Below, in pieces: positions 17,080 to 24,754 of a DNA stretch of 52,126 nucleotides. Both the position numbers and the translations under genes were made by a program. Source of the DNA: Candidatus Liptonbacteria bacterium RIFCSPLOWO2_01_FULL_56_20 (lineage in GTDB: Bacteria > Patescibacteriota > Minisyncoccia > UBA6257 > 2-01-FULL-56-20); contig MHLC01000007.1 of NCBI GenBank assembly GCA_001818655.1, positions 1-52,126 of the forward strand, given 5' to 3'. Under the pieces are notes generated by a model, which saw only the letters and a program-made list of their open reading frames with translations, made no database searches and was not told the DNA's origin. The first letter of the stretch is position 1; the number at the start of each line of letters is the position of its first letter.

Positions 17080-17814
17080 ATGAAAAGTGACCCGTCCCTC
17101 CGTATAAAAGCTATCTCTCTTCGCAAAAGGGGTTTAAGCTACAACGAAATCAGGAGAAAATTGAGGGATTCTATCGCGAAAAGCACTCTCAGTGCCTGGC
17201 TAAAAAGCATCCCCCTTGCGCCCGAACACCGTGTCCGACTTTATACAAAACAAATCCAAATACTCTCCCGTGGGCCTCACAGTCAAAAAGAGAGACGGGA
17301 AAGAGAGGTCAAGGCCATACTTGAGAGAGCACTAGGAGAAATCAAAACTCCATTATCTCTTGACGCTTACAAACTTTTCGGTGCCGCCTTATATTGGGCT
17401 GAAGGAAGTAAAACAAAAAATTTCGAGATAACTAACTCCGATCCTTACCTTGTTGTATTCATGGTCAAATGGTTTGAGAAAATATTCAACGTGTCTCCAA
17501 AAATAATGAAAGCTCATCTAAACATTTATCCTCAACAAAATGGAGTGGAAATTAAAAAATTTTGGTCAGATATTACTGGCATACCATTGGATAGATTTGG
17601 TAAAAGTTTTATAAAGCCGTCCAATAAAGGGTACAAAAAAAATAATTTATACTATGGGACCATAAAAGTGCGCGTCCCTAAGGGTACTGATATGAAACAT
17701 AAAATTTTCGGATGGATAATGGCGACTTTACAAGAAATTACTCCTAAAGTAAAATTAAAACAAAGAAAATGGATGCATTTAACCAGCATCGAACGGCCAC
17801 CGGCAAATTTATGA
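17080..17814 (+). CDS. HTH plus LAGLIDADG-like (single-motif) putative homing-type nuclease
   Basis: N-terminal resolvase-type HTH (ISLRKRGLSYNEIRRKL). LFGAALYWAEGSK resembles a LAGLIDADG motif. GGAGG SD present. The gene is markedly AT-rich compared with its flanks. Confidence 0.55.
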   Translation: MKSDPSLRIKAISLRKRGLSYNEIRRKLRDSIAKSTLSAWLKSIPLAPEHRVRLYTKQIQILSRGPHSQKERREREVKAILERALGEIKTPLSLDAYKLFGAALYWAEGSKTKNFEITNSDPYLVVFMVKWFEKIFNVSPKIMKAHLNIYPQQNGVEIKKFWSDITGIPLDRFGKSFIKPSNKGYKKNNLYYGTIKVRVPKGTDMKHKIFGWIMATLQEITPKVKLKQRKWMHLTSIERPPANL

Positions 17815-17885
17815 CCCCCCATAGCTTAATGGCAAAGCACCGGTCTCTTAAACCGTGTATCTAGGTTCGATTCCTAGTGGGGGGA
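17815..17885 (+). tRNA. tRNA-Lys (anticodon CUU)
   Basis: Acceptor CCCCCCA/TGGGGGG, D arm GCTT-AATGGCA-AAGC, anticodon loop CTCTTAA, T arm CTAGG-TTCGATT-CCTAG. Begins 1 nt after the preceding stop codon. Confidence 0.85.
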
Positions 17886-17889
17886 CAAC

Positions 17890-20091
17890 ATGTTCACGCT
17901 CGACACCCCTCTTGCGCGCATCGCGGGAATCGGTCCGGGCTTTCTCGCCAAACTCAAGCACCTTGGCGTCGCGACCATCGGCGACCTGCTCTATCATTTT
18001 CCGACCCGCTACGAAGATTTTTCGCAGATCTACCGCATTGCCGACCTTGAACCGGGTCAGCACGCGACCATCCAAGGGACGGTGGAAGAGATAACGACGC
18101 GGCGGACATGGCAGAAACACTTCATCGTAGTCGAGGCGACTGTCCGTGACGACTCCGGCTCCACCCGCATCATCTGGTTCAACCAGCCCTATATCAAGAA
18201 CATTCTCCGGCCCGGGCGGCTCGCTAATTTTTCCGGCAAAGTCGCCGTCTCGCAAGACGAGCTCTACCTCAGCCACCCCACGTTCGAACCCGTTTCCGGG
18301 GATGCGCGCGATGAAACCCGGCATACCGCCCGCCTCGTGCCCATCTACCCGGAGACGCGCGGCCTTACCTCGAAAGGGATCCGCTACCTCATACAGCCGA
18401 TCCTCAAGGGGCTCGCGCGACCTCCGGAATGGCTGCCCGGCGCCGCGCTCCGCATGAACCGCCTCCCCGAACTGCATCACGCGCTCCAGGACGTTCATTT
18501 CCCTGAACGGATCGAGGACGCGCTCGCCGCGAAAAGGCGCTTTGCGTTCGAGGACCTGTTTTTGCTCCAGCTTGAAAACTTCGCTCAAAAAATGAAGCTC
18601 GCGAGGACGCGCGCGGTCCAGATCAAAACCGATATTCCCCTCCTCAAGCGGATCATCGCAGAACTTCCGTTCGCGCTGACCGCTTCGCAAAAACGGTCGC
18701 TCTGGGAGATCCTGCAGGACCTTGAAAAGGGCCGCCCCATGAACCGGCTCCTCCAGGGCGATGTCGGCTCGGGGAAAACCGTGGTCGCCGCTCTTGCGGC
18801 AATAAGCGCGGCGGAGAACGGGCGCGAGACCGCCATTATGGCGCCAACCGAAGTGCTCGCACGCCAGCATTTTGAAACGTTCAAGAAATTATTCAGCCAT
18901 ATCTCCGCGGTCCGTGAACCCAAAATCGCGCTCATGACCGCGAGCGACACGAAACTATTCTACGAGAACGGCCTTGAGTCCCCGGTAAAAAAAGGAGAGC
19001 TGCGGGAGAAAGTGAGACGCGGCGAGATACCGATCGTCATCGGCACGCACGCGCTTCTCGAAGAATCGGTCCGCTTCAAATCGCTCGGCCTCGTGGTGAT
19101 TGACGAACAGCACCGTTTCGGCGTGGAGCAGCGTGCCGCGCTAAGCCGAGACGCGCGATCCGGCCGCCGCGCGAAAGCGACGTTCACCCCCCACTTTTTG
19201 AGTATGTCCGCGACCCCTATCCCCCGAACGCTCATGCTTACGGTATTCGGCGACCTCGATATTTCGACCATCACCGAACTGCCTGCCGGCCGCAAAAACA
19301 TCGTGACGAAAATCGTGGCGCCGGAGAACCGTCCCAAGGCGTACGAATTCATCCGCGAACAGATCGCGCGCGGCCGCCAAGCGTTCGTCATCTGCCCGCG
19401 CATAGAGAAGCCGGAGCAAGACGGGGCGGAGAAATCTTTTCGCGCCCGCGAATGGAGCGCGCTCGAGGTAAAATCCGTAAAAGAAGAGTTCGAAAAACTT
19501 TCGACAACGGTCTTCCCCGATCTCCGCGTCGCCATGCTGCACGGCCAGATGCCCGCCTCGTCGAAGACGAGGCGAGGTCTCGCCTCCGGCGGAAAACCAA
19601 ACAAAGAGCAAGTTATGCGCGATTTCAAAGACGGAGCAACCGATGTCCTTGTTTCCACGTCGGTCATAGAGGTCGGCGTGGATGTGCCGAATGCCGTGAT
19701 CATGATGATAGAAGGGGCGGAACGGTTCGGCCTGGCCCAGCTCTACCAGTTCAGGGGGCGCGTGGGGCGCGGCGAACACCAGTCGTTCTGCTTCCTGTTC
19801 ACCGAATCCGGCGCGAAAAGCACGCACGAACGGCTCCGCGCGATCGTCGAGGCGAAGAACGGCTTTGAGCTCGCAGAGATTGACCTAAAGCTCCGCGGCC
19901 CCGGCGAATTCTTGGGCGAGCGGCAGACAGGGCTCCCTGATATCGCGATGCGCGGGCTCCAAGACGTGGAACTCATCAAGGCAAGCCGCGCTTCCGCGCT
20001 CCGCGTAATCCAAGAAGACCAGCATCTCAACCGTTATCCCGCGCTACAATTGAAGCTTGCGGAGTTCCAGAAAAAACTCCATCTCGAATAA
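17890..20091 (+). CDS. recG: ATP-dependent DNA helicase RecG
   Basis: 733 aa; GDVGSGKT Walker A, DEQHRFG, SATPIPRTL, TSVIEVGVDVPNA, QFRGRVGRG. Confidence 0.93.
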   Translation: MFTLDTPLARIAGIGPGFLAKLKHLGVATIGDLLYHFPTRYEDFSQIYRIADLEPGQHATIQGTVEEITTRRTWQKHFIVVEATVRDDSGSTRIIWFNQPYIKNILRPGRLANFSGKVAVSQDELYLSHPTFEPVSGDARDETRHTARLVPIYPETRGLTSKGIRYLIQPILKGLARPPEWLPGAALRMNRLPELHHALQDVHFPERIEDALAAKRRFAFEDLFLLQLENFAQKMKLARTRAVQIKTDIPLLKRIIAELPFALTASQKRSLWEILQDLEKGRPMNRLLQGDVGSGKTVVAALAAISAAENGRETAIMAPTEVLARQHFETFKKLFSHISAVREPKIALMTASDTKLFYENGLESPVKKGELREKVRRGEIPIVIGTHALLEESVRFKSLGLVVIDEQHRFGVEQRAALSRDARSGRRAKATFTPHFLSMSATPIPRTLMLTVFGDLDISTITELPAGRKNIVTKIVAPENRPKAYEFIREQIARGRQAFVICPRIEKPEQDGAEKSFRAREWSALEVKSVKEEFEKLSTTVFPDLRVAMLHGQMPASSKTRRGLASGGKPNKEQVMRDFKDGATDVLVSTSVIEVGVDVPNAVIMMIEGAERFGLAQLYQFRGRVGRGEHQSFCFLFTESGAKSTHERLRAIVEAKNGFELAEIDLKLRGPGEFLGERQTGLPDIAMRGLQDVELIKASRASALRVIQEDQHLNRYPALQLKLAEFQKKLHLE
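19554..19592 (+). repeat. 39-nt in-frame palindromic insertion in recG
   Basis: CGCCTCGTC-GAA-GACGAGGCG (perfect 9-bp stem) overlaps a second hairpin, GAGGCGAG-GT-CTCGCCTC. It encodes 13 aa absent from the HGxM...EKxxVM segment of E. coli RecG. Confidence 0.6.
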
Positions 20092-20100
20092 CGCGTTGAT

Positions 20101-20655
20101 TTAAGAAGACGCGAGCACGGTGATCTGGACCGCCTCAAAGCGCGTTTTGGCCGTAATATCCTCGCGTGCCTGAACCACGATGCGGTCGCCGGATTTCAAC
20201 GAACCCGCAGCGACCGCTGTTTCAGCGACCGGCGAAGGCGGCGTGGGAACAAGATAAGCAGAAGCTTGTTCTTGGCCCGGAAGTTGTCTCTGGTATGCCA
20301 GAAGCTCCTCCAGGTACGTTGCCGGGGGCTTTGAGACCTGCCTCACGATTTTCGTTTCTGCAGTAACCACCGCCTCGCGATCTTCCGGATACGCTTCTTC
20401 AAACGGATTGGCCGGCGCCTGCGCCTTGAGGAAGATCACGCTTCCTTCGACGCGCTCGACAGTCCCTAAAACGGTCTGGCGCTGGCCCGCCGGAGCAAGA
20501 ACGCTTTTCGCTTTCTCGATTTGCGCGCGAAGAAGGGCAAGCTCGGCGCTCGCGCCGCGGCCTCCGAAATAAAAACCGGCTCCAATGCCGAGCGCCAAAG
20601 CCGTGACAAGCGCGGCCGCGGCTCCGAAAATAACTTTTCTATCCAAAGATCCCAT
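20101..20655 (-). CDS. membrane-anchored hypothetical protein
   Basis: 184 aa, single N-terminal TM (VIFGAAAALVTALALGIGAGFYF). Confidence 0.6.
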   Translation of the reverse strand: MGSLDRKVIFGAAAALVTALALGIGAGFYFGGRGASAELALLRAQIEKAKSVLAPAGQRQTVLGTVERVEGSVIFLKAQAPANPFEEAYPEDREAVVTAETKIVRQVSKPPATYLEELLAYQRQLPGQEQASAYLVPTPPSPVAETAVAAGSLKSGDRIVVQAREDITAKTRFEAVQITVLASS

Positions 20656-20676
20656 AAGCAGTCGCGGCCTGCCGCA

Positions 20677-22314
20677 TCAATTCTTCCTGCAAAATACCAC
20701 GTTCAGATATGGCGGGAGATTGCTCACCGTATCCAGCGTGTGGCTGTGGCCGCCGTCAAGCGTCGCCGCGAGATTTACTCCGTGGTTATGAGGCGCGCTT
20801 TGGGGGTCTGTTACGCCGGAAATATTATGGCGATGAGCCGGAGAGTCAGTATAGTCGAAAGTGCCGGCCGCCCACGTAGAAGACCATGGACCGCCCCATC
20901 CATCGCCGCTTACAAAATTCACGCCGTGAGAATGCCATGCGTCTTCGACGGTCGTGACGCCGGTTACCATATGAGAGTGGTTCGGGGCGGCGCTCACGGT
21001 GTGGCTGTGGCTTGCGGCGCCGCCTGTTCCGCCGTACGCTGACGCGCCCTGCGGAAACCTGCCGTCAAGCGCGGCAAACCGCGTCCACCCCGAAGGACAG
21101 CTTGCATCAAACATCGCGATTAAGCCGCTTGGGATCGCTGCTCCTCCTGCGGCCGCAGTGGTCTGGAGCGTGCCGTCAGGGAACCTGATGCCGTCCACGC
21201 CCGCGGCCCCGCCGATCTGAAGTTTTGCGGTTGCCGACCCGCCTGTCCCGATGCCCACATTTGTGCCGTTGTCATAAATAATGCTGTTGCCGACAACGGT
21301 TCCTGCGGTGAACTTCGCCACGAAATTCGCGGTCCCGGAACCGCCCAGCCCGGCAGATGCGGCAGATGACTGAAGCGAACCGTCTGGGAACCGCACGCCG
21401 CCGGAAGTGGTTTTGATCTCTCCTTGGACAGTAAGCGTGCTTGTGGGATTCACGGTGCCGATGCCGACGTTGCCGCCAATCGTAATGTATGCGCGCGTTG
21501 CATCTCCTGCCCGCAGAGCCAGCGCCCTTGTGCCGTCGCCGCTCGCTAAATCTCCTACGTAAACAGCGGAGGCGTCAGAATCCAGAGCTGCCTGGCCCCT
21601 CAGCGCGATGGCGCCGTTCACATCCAGTTTCTGGCTTGGCGCGTCCGTCCCGATGCCGACGCTACCGGCAGCAGTTATTCTTGCCGTCTCTGAAGGGATA
21701 CCTATGCCGGTGCCGGTATGGAAACTTATGATCCCGGGGGTTGTGGCATGCGTCCCTCCGAACATCCTGATGGTGCCTCCACCGTATGTTGCGCCTCCTC
21801 CGCCAACCTCAAGTAAGCTGGCTGAATTTGCGTGACCTACTGCAGTAGTATATACACTGCCGCTAATTTGAGCGCTGCCTAAAACATGTAATTTTTGAGC
21901 CGGCACCGTCGTTCCGATACCGACATTGCCTGCCGCGTTTATGGCGAACGCGTCCGCGCTTTGATTCTGAAGCACGAACGTGCCGTCGGTGCCGAGCCGG
22001 AAAATAGCCGAAGCAGCCGCTCCGCGGGAGAGCCGGAACAAGGAATCCCCGGTGTCATTCTGAATCTGGAGACCGTATACGTTGGTCGGCCCGGCAAGCA
22101 CGTAGAGCCTGCTCGTTGCAGAGGGCGAGATGCCGATGCTCAAGTTGCCTTGGGCGTCGGTTGCGACCGCGCCAGAACCCGTCCCTCCGGATGTTGACGG
22201 GCCGACAAACGCGCCTGCCTGGATTGCGGCATACAAAAGACCGAGCGCGAGCGCGCCCCCAAGCAGCCAAACGAACCGCTTGCCCCTAACAAATGCCGTG
22301 GATGCCTGGTTCAT
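20677..22314 (-). CDS. secreted or anchored tail-fibre-like repeat protein with a C-terminal HxH-rich domain
   Basis: 545 aa, N-terminal signal/anchor. Repeated GNVGIGTxxPxxKLxVxG motifs. Six HxH motifs in the last 110 aa or so (SHSHTV, NHSHMV, WHSHGV, AHRHNI, PHNHGV, GHSHTL). Confidence 0.7.
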   Translation of the reverse strand: MNQASTAFVRGKRFVWLLGGALALGLLYAAIQAGAFVGPSTSGGTGSGAVATDAQGNLSIGISPSATSRLYVLAGPTNVYGLQIQNDTGDSLFRLSRGAAASAIFRLGTDGTFVLQNQSADAFAINAAGNVGIGTTVPAQKLHVLGSAQISGSVYTTAVGHANSASLLEVGGGGATYGGGTIRMFGGTHATTPGIISFHTGTGIGIPSETARITAAGSVGIGTDAPSQKLDVNGAIALRGQAALDSDASAVYVGDLASGDGTRALALRAGDATRAYITIGGNVGIGTVNPTSTLTVQGEIKTTSGGVRFPDGSLQSSAASAGLGGSGTANFVAKFTAGTVVGNSIIYDNGTNVGIGTGGSATAKLQIGGAAGVDGIRFPDGTLQTTAAAGGAAIPSGLIAMFDASCPSGWTRFAALDGRFPQGASAYGGTGGAASHSHTVSAAPNHSHMVTGVTTVEDAWHSHGVNFVSGDGWGGPWSSTWAAGTFDYTDSPAHRHNISGVTDPQSAPHNHGVNLAATLDGGHSHTLDTVSNLPPYLNVVFCRKN

Positions 22315-22408
22315 GGAAGTTCAGGTGAATTTAGATAAAAAGGCGCGTGGTTGATTACTGTGATTAGTATAGAACAAATCCCGTATCTATGCGAGACGGC
22401 TCCCCGGA

Positions 22409-22816
22409 TCAATAGATCACTGCCCACAGGTATTGATCCAGGACGTTCTTGTAGCAGACGACGACAGAATCCGGGAATCCTCCGCCGGCCTGTGCCACCC
22501 AAAACGTACCGCGCTGCAATGCGCTGCAGGTCGGCTGGGGAAGGTTGGTGTTCAAACGCAGGCCGCCGTTCACTTCAAGCGCCTGATTAGGAGCGGGCGC
22601 GCCCACCCCCACGTTTGAACTGGCAAAAAAGATCAGATTATTGATGGATTGCCAGTCCCCGGCCGAAACCCCGATCTTGTAGGTATTGGCCGCGGCCGGC
22701 ACAAGATCAGAATCAAACGTCGCGGCCCGCAAAATGCTCGCGGACGAAAACGCCGTTAGCATGAGGGCCCCAGCCAGTATGACGAGAAGATTTTTTAGAG
22801 AAAATGCCTTGCGCAT
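22409..22816 (-). CDS. small secreted protein, paralog of the central module of the pilin-Kelch protein
   Basis: 135 aa with a signal peptide. DWQSINNLIFFASSNVGVGAPAPNQALEVNGGLRLNT...PTCSALQRGTFW aligns with aa 170-262 or so of the 595-aa protein. Confidence 0.65.
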   Translation of the reverse strand: MRKAFSLKNLLVILAGALMLTAFSSASILRAATFDSDLVPAAANTYKIGVSAGDWQSINNLIFFASSNVGVGAPAPNQALEVNGGLRLNTNLPQPTCSALQRGTFWVAQAGGGFPDSVVVCYKNVLDQYLWAVIY

Positions 22817-22861
22817 ATCTGGTCCGCGCTGAAATTGCTCTCGTGGTTATTATACCATGCC

Positions 22862-24649
22862 TTAAAATCCGATATTTCCATTGCTCATAAGCGGCGCATA
22901 CCATACGGTGGAAGTCGGGGTTGAACCGTAGGACTGTGAATATCCGCCTATTATATACAAAAAAGCGTTGTTCACCGCGCCCGCTGACTCGGAAAGATCC
23001 GCAGGCAAGCCGCTTCGCAGCACCCACGGCGGCTCCAGGTGGCCTTGGGATTTTATTATAATTGAGCGCGTGCTGGTTACCGTGCCAGCAACAGTAGTTC
23101 CGCCGAGCTCGTACATGAAGCCATTATACGCCACAAGTACTTCGCGGGCGGTTGCGACCGGGAGCGACGTAACAAGACCAACGGTCCATGCGCTAACCGC
23201 CCCGCTCGCGTCTAACCTGGTAAAACTCATTGTGGATGTGGGCGCTGAACTCACGCCGTACCCGCCAATCGCATAAAGATAATTATTGTACACGGCCCCA
23301 CCATGGCCTGTTACGGCATACGGCATAGGAGCAGTAGATGCCCATGCGCCCACAGTATGATCAGAGTTTATTGGGGCGTACACCACGGTTGACGTGGGCA
23401 AAACCTCTGCTCCTGCAGTGCCGCCCGTAACGTAGAGATATCCGTTCGCCGCTGCCGCAAAATGCCCTGAGAGCCCGTTTGGCAGAGCGGTAGTCGTCAT
23501 CCACGCTCCGAGCGTGCCGTTCGCGTTCATGGACGCGGCGTAGACCGCGTTCGTCCTCCCAGAGGCGCCGGTATAACCCCCCGCGACGTACAAGTATCCG
23601 TTCCACACCGTCGTGCCGAAATAATCGAGCGGCTGGGGCAGCGGAGTCGTGGCGCGCCACGCGCCGAACGTGCCGTTTGCGCCGAAGCGCGCGTACCACA
23701 CGGTTGAAGTGGGCGACGTCCACACGCTCGGATATCCTCCCAAAACATACAGGTACCCGTTCCCTGCTTCTGCGCGCGCCGCAGAAATCGGGTTCGGCAG
23801 GGGCGTTCCTTGCACCCACTGCCGGATGAGATCCACCCATTCAAACGGCGTTGACTCTCCTGTCCATACGCAAATCTCTGCGCGATCCCTCACGAAAGAG
23901 GCGGACTGCGTAAACCATATCGTGCCGCGAACGCTCGCCGAACACGTAGGCCTTCCCGCGACGGTATTCACGCGCACGCCGCCGTTCACCTCAAGTTTTT
24001 GGCTTGGGTTCGGTGCCGCGATCCCAATATTTTCGCCGGAGAAAAAGAGCAGGCCGTTTATGGACTGCCACAAATTTTGCGTGGTGGTGCCGACGCTAAA
24101 GAGACCTGCCGCGGACGGCACGACGTCCGAAGCGAACACCACAGGACCCATGCGGACGACCGCCGTATTCACTGTTTGAGAAAATGCCTGCTGGGGGTTT
24201 GAGGAATTGAACGCGATCGAGAACGACACCTTGACCGAATCGCGGCCGGCCGGATTTGCGTGCTTCGTAAACACGAGGCCTGGGACGACCACCCTCTCTG
24301 ACGTGAGCGGCTGCGGCGCGCCGGAATCGGTAACTTTGAGATATACCGTGCTCGAACTCAAAAAAATATAGGTCGGGTCGTCGGTGGAAGACGCCATCCG
24401 CAGCTTCAGCGTACTCGTGGCCATATCTTGAGCCATCTCGATCAGACTCGCCCGCTCGATCGAGCGGGTTAGAGTTTGGATCAAGAACTGCGCTTGTTGA
24501 TTCACTTCGGCGGCGGAGCCCTGCCGCGCCTGGATACGAAGCACGACGGTAAGGATCGTAAAAAGCGATATGGTTGTGATGACGAAAATCGCCGAAAAAA
24601 GCAGGAGCTCAAGCAGCGTGAATCCCCTCCTCGACGCGAAGCGGCGCAT
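22862..24649 (-). CDS. type IV pseudopilin (prepilin N-terminus) fused to a six-bladed Kelch-repeat propeller
   Basis: N-terminus RRGFTLLELLLFSAIFV (G/FTLLE methylation motif). Six repeats of the xNGYLYVxGGY type. TATAAT sits 7 nt upstream of the ATG and there is no SD. Confidence 0.8.
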   Translation of the reverse strand: MRRFASRRGFTLLELLLFSAIFVITTISLFTILTVVLRIQARQGSAAEVNQQAQFLIQTLTRSIERASLIEMAQDMATSTLKLRMASSTDDPTYIFLSSSTVYLKVTDSGAPQPLTSERVVVPGLVFTKHANPAGRDSVKVSFSIAFNSSNPQQAFSQTVNTAVVRMGPVVFASDVVPSAAGLFSVGTTTQNLWQSINGLLFFSGENIGIAAPNPSQKLEVNGGVRVNTVAGRPTCSASVRGTIWFTQSASFVRDRAEICVWTGESTPFEWVDLIRQWVQGTPLPNPISAARAEAGNGYLYVLGGYPSVWTSPTSTVWYARFGANGTFGAWRATTPLPQPLDYFGTTVWNGYLYVAGGYTGASGRTNAVYAASMNANGTLGAWMTTTALPNGLSGHFAAAANGYLYVTGGTAGAEVLPTSTVVYAPINSDHTVGAWASTAPMPYAVTGHGGAVYNNYLYAIGGYGVSSAPTSTMSFTRLDASGAVSAWTVGLVTSLPVATAREVLVAYNGFMYELGGTTVAGTVTSTRSIIIKSQGHLEPPWVLRSGLPADLSESAGAVNNAFLYIIGGYSQSYGSTPTSTVWYAPLMSNGNIGF

Positions 24650-24656
24650 AGAAAAA

Positions 24657-24701
24657 TTATAGCAGATTTTGGCTCCGCCACTTGGGCGTTACCCACAATC
24701 C
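24657..24701 (-). pseudogene. relic duplicate of the GT2 gene 3' end (GLWVTPKWRSQNLL-stop)
   Basis: A 26-nt direct repeat (24676-24701 versus 24825-24850, 2 mismatches) encodes GFWVTPKWR in the live gene and GLWVTPKWR in the relic. The relic stop lies inside the TATAAT upstream of the pilin gene. Confidence 0.55.
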
Positions 24702-24754
24702 GTCGTCCCGCCGGCTAGCGGGACTCCTTAGACACCCTCGGTTTCTCACCCCGC

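Noticed and set aside
17848-18870. 340-aa minus-strand ORF opposite recG (also 18960-19703 and 19141-19827)
   Set aside because: Shadow ORFs of a well-supported helicase gene, with no recognisable motifs.
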